The notes below the pieces were generated by a model. That model ran no database searches. It was not told the DNA's origin and saw only the letters and a program-made list of their open reading frames with translations. From IMG/VR virus record IMGVR_UViG_3300045597_000172: DNA of 64,000 nt, one strand, 5' to 3'. Positions 46,710 to 56,835 of this stretch are shown piece by piece. Source of the stretch: a virus (taxonomy: Duplodnaviria; Heunggongvirae; Uroviricota; Caudoviricetes). Each line of letters begins with the position of its first letter. The stretch's first letter is position 1. Both the position numbers and the translations under genes were made by a program.

Positions 46710-49700
46710 TCACAACTCAGGACCTTTGACAGTTGCCTGTGCTTTCGTGCCATTGTCAGATGCAACACCAACTTGATGATGCTTATCATAAAACGATACC
46801 GCATTTTCAATCGCATTCTGACGGATCCGATTCAACTTGTACTTTTGTAAATTACCACGAACATCATGTAACGTTTGTGCAACCGTATCATTAGTTGTCA
46901 TCTGTACATAATATGCATTCGTTAACTTACGTTGATTCGTAACACCATCAAATAACGAAGCACCAACATTTTCTTGATACTCTTTGCCAAGATCATTGAC
47001 CCTCGAAATAAAATCATTCCGATAATCAGTTGGATTTTCATTAGCTTTAACTAAACCATTCTTAGTCTTATCACTAACCGCATTCTTCGAAACCGCAGTC
47101 TGCAAAAATTCCATACCAACTTGACCGTTAACTGTACCACCCGTTACATTATGAACCGTAATTGGTGACCAGTAATTACCGTTAAGAATCTCAGCAACCC
47201 GATCGTAACTACTTCCAACTGAACTCTTAGCAGTATTAACCGTTTCAGTAGTTCCGTTATCAACGCCCTGCCATTTTCCAGTCAACGTATCACCAGCAAT
47301 TTCAACCGAAGTTGGTTTTGGTGTTTCGAGACCCTGAACAAGCTCGGTACGAACTTCCTCAAGCAACCGGCCCGTAACGTTTTGACCTTTAGTTGCATCA
47401 AAAACATCACCACCAGAAACATCTTTTAACGACATCCCTGCGCCATAAACACTGCCACGCTTACTTTCAGCTTCAACCAACGAAGCATTACCAGTATCAC
47501 GCAATTTCGTATAGACATACGTATTTTGCGAAAACTTAGCCATCATCCCGGCTTTCAAGACGCTTGGTGAAACAGTATTCCAAGCCTTATCATCAAAGTT
47601 CTTAACCGCATCTGCCGCAGACTTCCATGGATTCTTTGCACCATCAGGTTCAATTTCCAAAATCTTAGATGCCTGAACATCATCCTTAAACATCAATGCT
47701 TTTGCATAACTGAAATATTGTTCAACCGAATTAAAATTACGAGGATGATCATCATGAACGTGAATATCATGAACATCATCATCAATGTTAACCTGTGCCT
47801 TAAATGGCTGAGCATTCAAATTAGAAAATGGAGCATATGCACCATAAAAAGCAATCGTTTGAGTATCTTTATTTTCAACCATACCATAACGGCCAGAATG
47901 ATCAACCCGAAGATCACGTTGATACATCTTATCTGCTAACGACTTAGCTTGTCGAATTTCACCATCCGGAATTTGTGGAGTTGCAGTACGTGATACATTT
48001 GTCTTAGCCTTCAATTCAGCTAATACTGCATGACTGCTTGGCAAACCAGTCTGTTGACGCTTAGACTCCGTATCATCACGGTGCTGCAAATTCAATTGGA
48101 ATTCATCCATAACTTCACCAACCATTGAATCCTGCTTAGCCGCATACTGTTGACGTTTTACTTGTTGATGAACTTTATCTTGATACGTATTGAATTTTTC
48201 GACATTCTTCATATTGTTTTTAACAATATTTGTCAAAACTTCTTGCGTACCCGCATCAGGAACCGCTACAAATTTAACTTCATCCGGATTACCCAAACTA
48301 CGTGACAATGCAGAATTAAGAACAACCGTATCGTCTTTGACGTTATCACTAACATTGATATTTAACGCAACATCACAATTATCATCGTTCGTCTTTAACT
48401 GCAACTTATTCCAATCGTGACGATTTCCTAACGAACCATTTTCGATTCCAAGCTCATTAGCAACCGCCTTAGAAATAATCACAGTGTTAAATGGAACATC
48501 ATCAGCAACATTCGGATGATTTACAATCGTACTCTTAGCAACATCTAACTTATCCGCCATAGTCAACGTATCAACTACTGAATTCAACGAATTATCACGC
48601 TGTGATAGACTTAACTGCTTATTTAACTGGTCAGCAGATAAATTACCAAACACGGATTCTCGAATATATGAACCCGAATCACCAAACAAGTTAGCCGGAA
48701 CATAATCTTCCTGATCTTGCTTAGTTAATTCTTCAGTAATACCCGCAAAACCATGCATGTTAATCTTAGCCGTAATTGTTGCAAATCCACCGTCTTTAGT
48801 AGCATCTTCGATTGAACGAATTTCCTTAGTTGGACTCTTAGGGTCAACTAAAACATCAGCTAAACGTTCAAAGTTATGACGATCAACACCAAGGCCCATT
48901 CCATTGTCTTTGTCATTGTACAAGAAATCCATAATCTCAACAAATTCATCACGCGTGACTTTATCTGGTTGATTATCTTTTTCCGCTTTCAACATTGGAA
49001 CTTGAACCTGACGAATGTCTTTACCTTGCTTATCAGCAATTCGCTGACGCAAATCTTTCATGAAATCATCACGAAGATATGGCTGACTAGCTTCATCAAC
49101 AGTCGTCCTAAACTCAGTTAACTGCTGTGCATTCTTAGGATCAATCTTAACACCAATTGCATTTGCAACATCCATGACTTGGTCATCAGTGAAATCATTA
49201 CTTAAAATACTCTTTGGATATTCCCGTAATGTCTGATCTGTACCCGGAACCTTATAGTCACGTAAAGCTGCGGCACGTAAAGCAACATCCGACGGATCAT
49301 TACCCAATCGACCTTGACTTTCCGGTCCCAACAAGGCAAACGATGGATAAACTTTATTTGGAAAATTACCACGTAACAATTCGCCAAGTGGTTCCTGCAA
49401 AATTTCAGAAACACGACCAGCCATAACTGGATCACGTTTAATCGAAAGTACCTTTTGCGTACCAGCCTGACCGATTGCAGCCGCAGAATGCATTCCCAAA
49501 TTACTACTATTCATCATCACAGCCGTAATCTTTTGTTGCGTCGAACCGGGAACCCCTGTCATATCACTCTTAATCTTAGTAGCACGCTGTACAGCTAACA
49601 AGGTATCATGCAAACCAGTCAATTCACGTTCATAAGCATTACGTGCATTAACATCTAACTTACCATCGACAACCTGAGCTTCACCCATTGCGCGTACTTC

Positions 49701-52700
49701 ACTAAACAACGGTTTCTTCATGTAACCATCAATCAAGCCCGTAACAGCACTTGATTTACCTTTAGCACCTTCGTTAGCAAATTTCATCAATGATGCACGT
49801 AACGTATCTTCACTCGTATAATCAACACCATCATTCCGCAACATCGAAACTTCACCTTGACTAATTTGAACCTCACCATTAGCATCCCGGCTAGTTTCAA
49901 AACCACGCGTACGTTGAACAATTTCATCAACAACTTGACGTGCGCCACGATAATCACCGTTGTCATAACGAGTTTTAATTTCGTTATCAACTAACATCAA
50001 CAAGAAATCACCGTCATTAAAATCGGGATGTCCATCCTTATCAAGTTTCGTTAACTCACCATTTTCATCAAACCATGAATCATCAACGACATCTCGACGC
50101 ATACTCTCCAAAGCCTGCTTCCGGAAACCGGGATCTAAGAAATTACCACTGACAACATTGCCATCTCGACCAGTTACATCATAATCATTGCTTGTATTGA
50201 CCGCCATTTCAACGATTTCAGCATTGATATTCAACAATGTAGACTTTTGAGAATTATCCAACATCCAACGGTCAACTTCCATGATTGAACCAAGTTCACG
50301 TTGTGCACCCGCATCTGGCATAGACGTCAATCCCAAGTTATCACCATCAAAATCGGCATCCATTAATGCGGCCATTACTGGACTAATACGAACACCCGTA
50401 AGTGCATCATTAATCTTAACTCGGAAGCCTAACGAACCTTGTTCACGCCAAACTGGATCACGATGGACATGTAAATATCCCCAATCAGAATGACCATCGA
50501 CATGTGCCATGCCATCTTCACCAGTTACAAAATTCAAACGTTTAGCAATTGCTGGTGAAATTTCAATAACATCCATTGGCAATTCGGGATTAGCAGAAAC
50601 CTGACTTGTTACAGAATCTTCAGCATAACCACCTAAAACATAATTACGGAAGAATCCATTTTTAGGACTGCCACCACCAAATGCAAAACGATTAGCTTCA
50701 GCATTAATCCGACTAACAGATCCTTGAATATTAAGTTCCTTAGCCAATTGTTCATTAATCTTAGCTTGTACCGCATCATCACCGTGAGCCAAATCAGCAT
50801 CTTTAGTAGCCTTAACTAAGACTTCGTATTGTGCCAAGTTAGTTCCCAAATTCTGATACAAACGGTTAAAGTCAGAAATCACAGTGGTATCATCCATCGC
50901 AATTGTATTAACCCGCATCCGTTCTGGCAAAATATACAACGAATTTGTACGTTTTCCACCAGCAGTCGTTACCGTAACACCCTCTGGTAATCGTAAAACA
51001 CCACCGTCAGGTAATTGCTGCAAGAAATCTTCACCCGCATTGTATTTGTCCGGTGCCATCATATCAGTATTTGGCGCAATTGCACCCGTACGACGAGAAA
51101 CTGAACGTAACGTACGTAAGAAAGTTACCGATGCTGGCTTCAACTCACCATTTTGATCAAGGCCAACAAATTTTTGCGAACGTGCACTAGAAACCTTATT
51201 AGAAGCAGATTTACTAAACGTCATATCTCGATTAATCAATCCATGATAAGAACGCTTGATCTTCTGCAAAACATCCGGCTGAATAACATATTCAGTTTCA
51301 ACTGTTTCACGCGCAATCTTATCATAATCGGCTTGTTCAACTCGATCAGGTAATAAATCAACACCCATTGCAAGCATCGATTCACGCAACGTTTGCAAAT
51401 TCTGGCCATTACGACGATGCCAATTACCAACAATATGTGCACCCTTAGCATTATCACCGTTATTCAATAAAATACTCAACTTACGACCAGTATCATCATT
51501 TGGCTTATCATATAACGTAACCTTATGGTTAATCGTTTGGTTCGTAATAATTAACTTACCAGAATTAATCGTAGCGTTAGTAGCAACAACTTCGCCAGTT
51601 TCACGATATTGTCCGTCACCATCAACCCGCACACGTTTATATGTCATTGGCTTCGAAGATGGACGAGTCAGATACGTATATCCAGTAGCACCGTTATTAC
51701 GTGAAATTTGACTCATCTCGTTCATAACAACTTGCAAATCGGGATGTTGCTTAAACAACTCTACAATATCTAATAATCCATGCTTATCTGCTTCTGCTAA
51801 ATCCATATCAGGATCAATCACATGCGAAATCGTTGCCTTATTACCACCGTTATCAGAAAGTTTATCACCAATTGTTAACGAACGATAAATTGGAAGACCG
51901 TTTCCATCAACCTGATCAGAAATTTGATGCGCATCGGCAAATGCCTTTGAAACTACCAAACCATCTTCCATTGAAAATGCACCAAGCGCCATCGTAGCTA
52001 CTTTAACATCATCAATAGTTTCATGACCCTTAATTGCTTGTTCCTTTGAAACTGGTTGACGGTCACCGGCATTTTTCAAAGAATCATCGAAAAACTCAGT
52101 ATTTTCAATTGGTGTACCAGATGCAACACCAACAATCTTGCCATTTGCATCTTTCATATATGAACCATCAGCATTACGAAATGCATTAGGTAAAACTCGG
52201 CCGTCATCAGTTACTTGGGCACCCTCAACTAAATAAGTCAACAACCCAAACATCTTACCTTGTCCAGTCATATTATCAGAAATTAACAAATTACCAGACT
52301 CATGTGCAACTTCACCAACACCATGACCACCATACACACTAATTGGATCATGCAAATAACGAATAACATCCAACGTAGTTTCTTTAGCATCCTGCGGATT
52401 TGTCAATAATCCATTAGCTTTCATTTCAGCTAAGCCATCTTCAAATCGTTTCATGTACGAAATAACTTCAGTTGTCTTAGTAGCCGCTAATGCAGCATCT
52501 TCCAAACGTACCGCATTCAATTCAGTTTCACGTTTAGCCTGACTCATTTCATCAACGGTATTATTAAGCGATGATTCTTCTACACGATTACCAAGAACTT
52601 CATTATGAAGTAACTTATTCATAATCGTATTAGAGTTATAACGGGTAATCGTACCGACATCACGTGTAGAAATGATTGTATCAACCGCTTGCCCAACTTC

Positions 52701-55700
52701 ACGGAATAACGCTTGATCATATCCCATTACACGTAACCGATTAAAATGACCTAAGCCGTTACGTTCTTCATCACGGAAACTTTCTTTACTCCAATTGCCG
52801 GATGCATCACGGTCAGGATTCAAAATCCAACCACGATAACGAGCTTGATACGTAAATTGTCCAGACGTAACATCCTGTCCATCAAATCGGTTATACGCCG
52901 TCCGAATTAAGCCATCATGATCAGGTGCAAAAATTTGTCCAATCGTACCTTCAACCGGCTGATAACGAACATCATTTGTACCATCTTTGTCAGCACGATA
53001 AACACGACCCTTTGCAGTTGTTTCATAACCGTGTTTATTAATTGACGTTGGCTTAGCCGTGGCTTCATCATACTTTTTATAAGTAGCACCACCACGTTGT
53101 TGTTCATGAGTTGCGGCCTTATAAACCGGAACCTTAGCTACAAAATGAACAACACCTTGCGCATCAATCTTAATATCATCATTACCAACAATAACCCCAC
53201 GAGTTTCTAATCGTGATTTTACAATTTCCAACGAACGTGCTTTAAACTCGTTAGGTGAAACATCTCGAATTAACCGTGAACCATCACGACTAAATGCAGA
53301 CGGATTAGGGTTTTCAGCAGGATCAAAACTAAATTTCTTACGTCCTGCTTTAACATCTTCCATATATTGACGTAACTTGAACTCATCACTATTAGGATCC
53401 TGATCCGCAGCTCGTAAATCATCAATCGTCATTGCTGTTGACTTATTAAAATCAACATCTGGAGTTGCATCAGCCGACTGGTAACGCTCACCAGCTTTAA
53501 CTGAATCAACATACGCACGTAATCGTTTTGCATTCGGAGAATCAAACTGAACTGCACGTTCCTGAACCGTTTCACTGGCATAGCTATTATCACCAACTAA
53601 ATTATCTGCATATTCACTCTTAGAAACGGCCTGTGCCATCATAAACGCATACAGTGTCGAATTAGCACCAGCTTCAGTTTGCTTAATAACTTGCGTCAAA
53701 TTCAAATCAGAATTTAATTCAAATTTGCTAAGTAATTCATTATGCAAATCAAGATAAGCATGTTGTGCTTTAGTCTTAGCCATCGGATCTGAAATCATTC
53801 CCAATCGTGCATATTGCTCACGATAAGACATCTTATTCAAATTGTCATCTAAGTCTAAGCCATCACCTTCAACATCCGACAAAATTGTCTTAGCATCGTC
53901 AGAATCAAGTAACAATGATTTCATCTTACTGTGCAATGCCATAATTTCTTGCTGTTCATAACCTTTAGATGTTTTAAACTTAGCCGTTTCCATATACTGA
54001 TGTTCATAATCGGACAATGATAAGTCCATGTAATCGTCATGCAAAACAGCATTCTTAACCGGCGCTTTACCAAACGTCTTATTCATCTGCTCAACTAAGC
54101 CATCAAACACTTCTAACCGACGAGCTTTTAATACCGGATCAGTTACATTTGCAACCAACGCTTGTCGATTTTGAATTAATTCATGATCATCAACACTATT
54201 TTGGTCAGCCGTAGCAACTAATAAGCCATTTTTAAATGCAGTCAATACTAATTTCTGGCTTTCTAAATCAAGTACATCACGACGAACCTTTTCAGTTCCA
54301 TGACCAGATTCCGATAATGTAACATCCGTAACATCATTTGACAAAATATGTTTAAACGTCTTCTGTGCTTGAGCATACGTCCGATTTGAATTATCTTGAT
54401 CCGGACCCATCAACATCTTCAAATAATTAATACGAGCATCACGATAGGCAACGTTGATTAATTCATTCGCATCATCGCCATCGACTTGATATGGATCCAT
54501 CCGTGGATTAGTTGTAGCTGTATCCACACGGTCATCACCAACAATTGCACTGCGTAAATCCAAATGAATTTTACCCTGAACATCATCTTGTACAGAACTC
54601 GTAGCAATTTCATCACCGTCTGTACCATCAATTACCTGAACTGGAGCAATTTCAGCATCAACCTTACCCAAATTAATTTGTGCTTGATAACTATTTGAGT
54701 TAGAAGAACTTAAACGATTAACAGTTTCAATCTTTGCATCTGGTAAATACGACTGTGTACCCTTTGATAAGACGTTTTTATTAATTCCCAACAAGTTGGC
54801 AATTCCAGCAACAGCTAATTTATTCTTTGTGACTTGATCCAAACCAACATAACGTGCTTGAGCAACCATTCGTGAACGTTGCACATCAGGTACATTATTA
54901 GCACCGAAATCATCACGACGTGGTTTGAAAGCTTCCAATCGACGTTCACTATTCCGGAAAAGAACCGTTCCGTCATTTTTATGAACAATTGGTGACATTT
55001 CAGATCCGTCTTTATTGATTGACGACGCAATGGCATGCTGCATTTCTAAGCCAGTACCCATCTCAGCCTCAGTTTCGAATGGCAAACGAGTCAATTCAGG
55101 ACTCCAATAAATACCCTCACGCGTACGGATTTGACCAGTCAAGTACGGATGTTGCGGATCAACTAAGGTAATCAACGCGGCCGAATTATCATTCAAACGT
55201 AAAGCAACTGAATTGTCCGAACCCTGTACAACACTGTAATCAATCCCTGCATCATGAACCAACGTCAAAACCGTAATCATTGTTTCAACATCTGATGGTG
55301 AAACTTCATGAATCTTACCATCAGCACTACGTTGTCCAATCAAATCAACCGTAGCTTTATCAGAACCGGCAATCAATACAGAATCACTAAGACTATCTGT
55401 CAACAACGATTGCAAACTTTTACGACGACCGGCATTCGGCATTACTGAACCCAACGCGGTCATTAATTCATTAACCGAAACCGGGCTTTTTTCATCGATG
55501 TTAGAATTACGCCACCAGTAACGACTCTGTGTAACACCTTTAGGCGTATAAGCATACTGATGATGGTCTGAACTTGGTGCAAAAACGTATTCTACACGCG
55601 TTTGAGATGGTACTGCTGCAACATTATCCGACGAAGTCTTATCAGCATTAGTTTCGGCATCAGCCTTTTTCTTCTTTTTAACATTTTGGTGATTATCACT

Positions 55701-56687
55701 AATTCCAAAATCTTCGGGACGAACAACAGTGGCATCTTTACCGGTGAATTGTTTAATATCAAACATTCCATTAAACGTACCGCCATGAACTTCACCATCA
55801 ACCGTTGGAGCAGTAGCAAACGCAATCCCTTCATCCGCATTCATGAACATTGTCTGATTGCGTTTTTCATAGACAAACCGTTGCTTACCGTTAGCAGAAC
55901 GTTCAGCATGACTAGAAACCTGATCAGCCATTCCCAACATACTGTAATACAACCCCTGTTTATTTTGATCAGGTACCGTAAATCCACGATCATTCTTAAT
56001 AGTTTTTCCATTGTCGTCATATTGAGCAAGCGTGTATGCTTGTGTATTCATTGGCAAATCAGCTACAAACCGAATTTTATCAGCACCTAACCGATAAATA
56101 TCATTTCGTAACCATGTACTATCACCGTGAGCCTTATGATCTTGAATAAGTTTTGCATAAGCTGGATTCTGAGCAACAAGTTCTTCACGTCGCTCTAATC
56201 CCTCTTGATATTTAACATTCAAAATAGCACGTGCCCAAACCAAATCTGCACCGTCAGCCATTCCTGAATGAGCTTCAACATAACCATGTTGGCGAATCCG
56301 ATCACGTAAAATATTCTCAAACGCATCTTGAACTTTCGCCCATGGATTTGTAGGAACGCCATCGGTCTGTGCCGAACCTTTGTACGTCATATCACCTAAG
56401 TTATAACCATCACTGCTTAAATCTTTAGGACGATGTCCGGTCAATGCAACAACGTATGGTTTTAAACCGTTTGATTGAGGATCCTGATTTGGTCGCCAAT
56501 CATGCAGCATCCGAATCTGTCCACGACCAATTGCATCCAAGCTCGTCATTATCTTTGGCGTAGCATAACCGCTTGATTGAATATCAGACAGTCGATGCTG
56601 ATTTGTACCAATATATCGGTCAGCCGTATACGGACGGTCTCCCCATGAATAAGTTGAACCTTTTATATTTTCTGCCAAAATAGTCAC
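46710..56687 (-). CDS. 3325-aa polyvalent protein: SLOG/YspA + single-chain fused beta-beta' two-barrel RNA polymerase + degenerate barrel duplicate + NADAR
   Basis: Collinear beta motifs FSMEDGLVVS, GDKLSDNGGNKATIS, DLQVVMNEMSQISRNNG, then beta' motifs YILPERMR..SDFNRLY, KNGFFRNYVLGG, HRDPVWREQGSLGF, MDADFDGDNL (50340-50360), trigger loop SAAAIGQAGTQKVLS; N-terminal LTGHRP..SGMADGADLVWA; C-terminal FSNL..SVEQY..AKF..LVEA..GQNVTGRLLEEVR. Confidence 0.92.
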   Translation of the reverse strand: MTILAENIKGSTYSWGDRPYTADRYIGTNQHRLSDIQSSGYATPKIMTSLDAIGRGQIRMLHDWRPNQDPQSNGLKPYVVALTGHRPKDLSSDGYNLGDMTYKGSAQTDGVPTNPWAKVQDAFENILRDRIRQHGYVEAHSGMADGADLVWARAILNVKYQEGLERREELVAQNPAYAKLIQDHKAHGDSTWLRNDIYRLGADKIRFVADLPMNTQAYTLAQYDDNGKTIKNDRGFTVPDQNKQGLYYSMLGMADQVSSHAERSANGKQRFVYEKRNQTMFMNADEGIAFATAPTVDGEVHGGTFNGMFDIKQFTGKDATVVRPEDFGISDNHQNVKKKKKADAETNADKTSSDNVAAVPSQTRVEYVFAPSSDHHQYAYTPKGVTQSRYWWRNSNIDEKSPVSVNELMTALGSVMPNAGRRKSLQSLLTDSLSDSVLIAGSDKATVDLIGQRSADGKIHEVSPSDVETMITVLTLVHDAGIDYSVVQGSDNSVALRLNDNSAALITLVDPQHPYLTGQIRTREGIYWSPELTRLPFETEAEMGTGLEMQHAIASSINKDGSEMSPIVHKNDGTVLFRNSERRLEAFKPRRDDFGANNVPDVQRSRMVAQARYVGLDQVTKNKLAVAGIANLLGINKNVLSKGTQSYLPDAKIETVNRLSSSNSNSYQAQINLGKVDAEIAPVQVIDGTDGDEIATSSVQDDVQGKIHLDLRSAIVGDDRVDTATTNPRMDPYQVDGDDANELINVAYRDARINYLKMLMGPDQDNSNRTYAQAQKTFKHILSNDVTDVTLSESGHGTEKVRRDVLDLESQKLVLTAFKNGLLVATADQNSVDDHELIQNRQALVANVTDPVLKARRLEVFDGLVEQMNKTFGKAPVKNAVLHDDYMDLSLSDYEHQYMETAKFKTSKGYEQQEIMALHSKMKSLLLDSDDAKTILSDVEGDGLDLDDNLNKMSYREQYARLGMISDPMAKTKAQHAYLDLHNELLSKFELNSDLNLTQVIKQTEAGANSTLYAFMMAQAVSKSEYADNLVGDNSYASETVQERAVQFDSPNAKRLRAYVDSVKAGERYQSADATPDVDFNKSTAMTIDDLRAADQDPNSDEFKLRQYMEDVKAGRKKFSFDPAENPNPSAFSRDGSRLIRDVSPNEFKARSLEIVKSRLETRGVIVGNDDIKIDAQGVVHFVAKVPVYKAATHEQQRGGATYKKYDEATAKPTSINKHGYETTAKGRVYRADKDGTNDVRYQPVEGTIGQIFAPDHDGLIRTAYNRFDGQDVTSGQFTYQARYRGWILNPDRDASGNWSKESFRDEERNGLGHFNRLRVMGYDQALFREVGQAVDTIISTRDVGTITRYNSNTIMNKLLHNEVLGNRVEESSLNNTVDEMSQAKRETELNAVRLEDAALAATKTTEVISYMKRFEDGLAEMKANGLLTNPQDAKETTLDVIRYLHDPISVYGGHGVGEVAHESGNLLISDNMTGQGKMFGLLTYLVEGAQVTDDGRVLPNAFRNADGSYMKDANGKIVGVASGTPIENTEFFDDSLKNAGDRQPVSKEQAIKGHETIDDVKVATMALGAFSMEDGLVVSKAFADAHQISDQVDGNGLPIYRSLTIGDKLSDNGGNKATISHVIDPDMDLAEADKHGLLDIVELFKQHPDLQVVMNEMSQISRNNGATGYTYLTRPSSKPMTYKRVRVDGDGQYRETGEVVATNATINSGKLIITNQTINHKVTLYDKPNDDTGRKLSILLNNGDNAKGAHIVGNWHRRNGQNLQTLRESMLAMGVDLLPDRVEQADYDKIARETVETEYVIQPDVLQKIKRSYHGLINRDMTFSKSASNKVSSARSQKFVGLDQNGELKPASVTFLRTLRSVSRRTGAIAPNTDMMAPDKYNAGEDFLQQLPDGGVLRLPEGVTVTTAGGKRTNSLYILPERMRVNTIAMDDTTVISDFNRLYQNLGTNLAQYEVLVKATKDADLAHGDDAVQAKINEQLAKELNIQGSVSRINAEANRFAFGGGSPKNGFFRNYVLGGYAEDSVTSQVSANPELPMDVIEISPAIAKRLNFVTGEDGMAHVDGHSDWGYLHVHRDPVWREQGSLGFRVKINDALTGVRISPVMAALMDADFDGDNLGLTSMPDAGAQRELGSIMEVDRWMLDNSQKSTLLNINAEIVEMAVNTSNDYDVTGRDGNVVSGNFLDPGFRKQALESMRRDVVDDSWFDENGELTKLDKDGHPDFNDGDFLLMLVDNEIKTRYDNGDYRGARQVVDEIVQRTRGFETSRDANGEVQISQGEVSMLRNDGVDYTSEDTLRASLMKFANEGAKGKSSAVTGLIDGYMKKPLFSEVRAMGEAQVVDGKLDVNARNAYERELTGLHDTLLAVQRATKIKSDMTGVPGSTQQKITAVMMNSSNLGMHSAAAIGQAGTQKVLSIKRDPVMAGRVSEILQEPLGELLRGNFPNKVYPSFALLGPESQGRLGNDPSDVALRAAALRDYKVPGTDQTLREYPKSILSNDFTDDQVMDVANAIGVKIDPKNAQQLTEFRTTVDEASQPYLRDDFMKDLRQRIADKQGKDIRQVQVPMLKAEKDNQPDKVTRDEFVEIMDFLYNDKDNGMGLGVDRHNFERLADVLVDPKSPTKEIRSIEDATKDGGFATITAKINMHGFAGITEELTKQDQEDYVPANLFGDSGSYIRESVFGNLSADQLNKQLSLSQRDNSLNSVVDTLTMADKLDVAKSTIVNHPNVADDVPFNTVIISKAVANELGIENGSLGNRHDWNKLQLKTNDDNCDVALNINVSDNVKDDTVVLNSALSRSLGNPDEVKFVAVPDAGTQEVLTNIVKNNMKNVEKFNTYQDKVHQQVKRQQYAAKQDSMVGEVMDEFQLNLQHRDDTESKRQQTGLPSSHAVLAELKAKTNVSRTATPQIPDGEIRQAKSLADKMYQRDLRVDHSGRYGMVENKDTQTIAFYGAYAPFSNLNAQPFKAQVNIDDDVHDIHVHDDHPRNFNSVEQYFSYAKALMFKDDVQASKILEIEPDGAKNPWKSAADAVKNFDDKAWNTVSPSVLKAGMMAKFSQNTYVYTKLRDTGNASLVEAESKRGSVYGAGMSLKDVSGGDVFDATKGQNVTGRLLEEVRTELVQGLETPKPTSVEIAGDTLTGKWQGVDNGTTETVNTAKSSVGSSYDRVAEILNGNYWSPITVHNVTGGTVNGQVGMEFLQTAVSKNAVSDKTKNGLVKANENPTDYRNDFISRVNDLGKEYQENVGASLFDGVTNQRKLTNAYYVQMTTNDTVAQTLHDVRGNLQKYKLNRIRQNAIENAVSFYDKHHQVGVASDNGTKAQATVKGPEL

Positions 56688-56722
56688 TTCTCTTCCTATT
56701 TTTTATTCACTACATGCCATTC

Positions 56723-56778
56723 CTGACACAGAAAAAGCGATGCCATCATTGAAATATATCAAGAATAACATCGCTCCT
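56723..56778 (-). terminator. long hairpin between pilin-like gene and RNAP gene
   Basis: Minus strand AGCGATG...TTGA-TATATT-TCAA...CATCGCT-TTTT. Confidence 0.6.
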
Positions 56779-56835
56779 TCGTTAAATTAGTTACGTATTT
56801 CTTTATGTTTAGTTTACAGTTATTACAGCTGAACG

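Noticed and set aside
46710-56687. Giant ORF as a surface adhesin, tape-measure protein or chance DFDGD match
   Set aside because: No signal peptide, LPxTG or tandem repeats; more than ten RNAP motifs occur in the correct order
46710-56687. Host rpoB/rpoC or a fused rpoBC housekeeping gene
   Set aside because: Highly divergent, flap-less, fused to SLOG/NADAR and in a tra context with no ribosomal-protein neighbours
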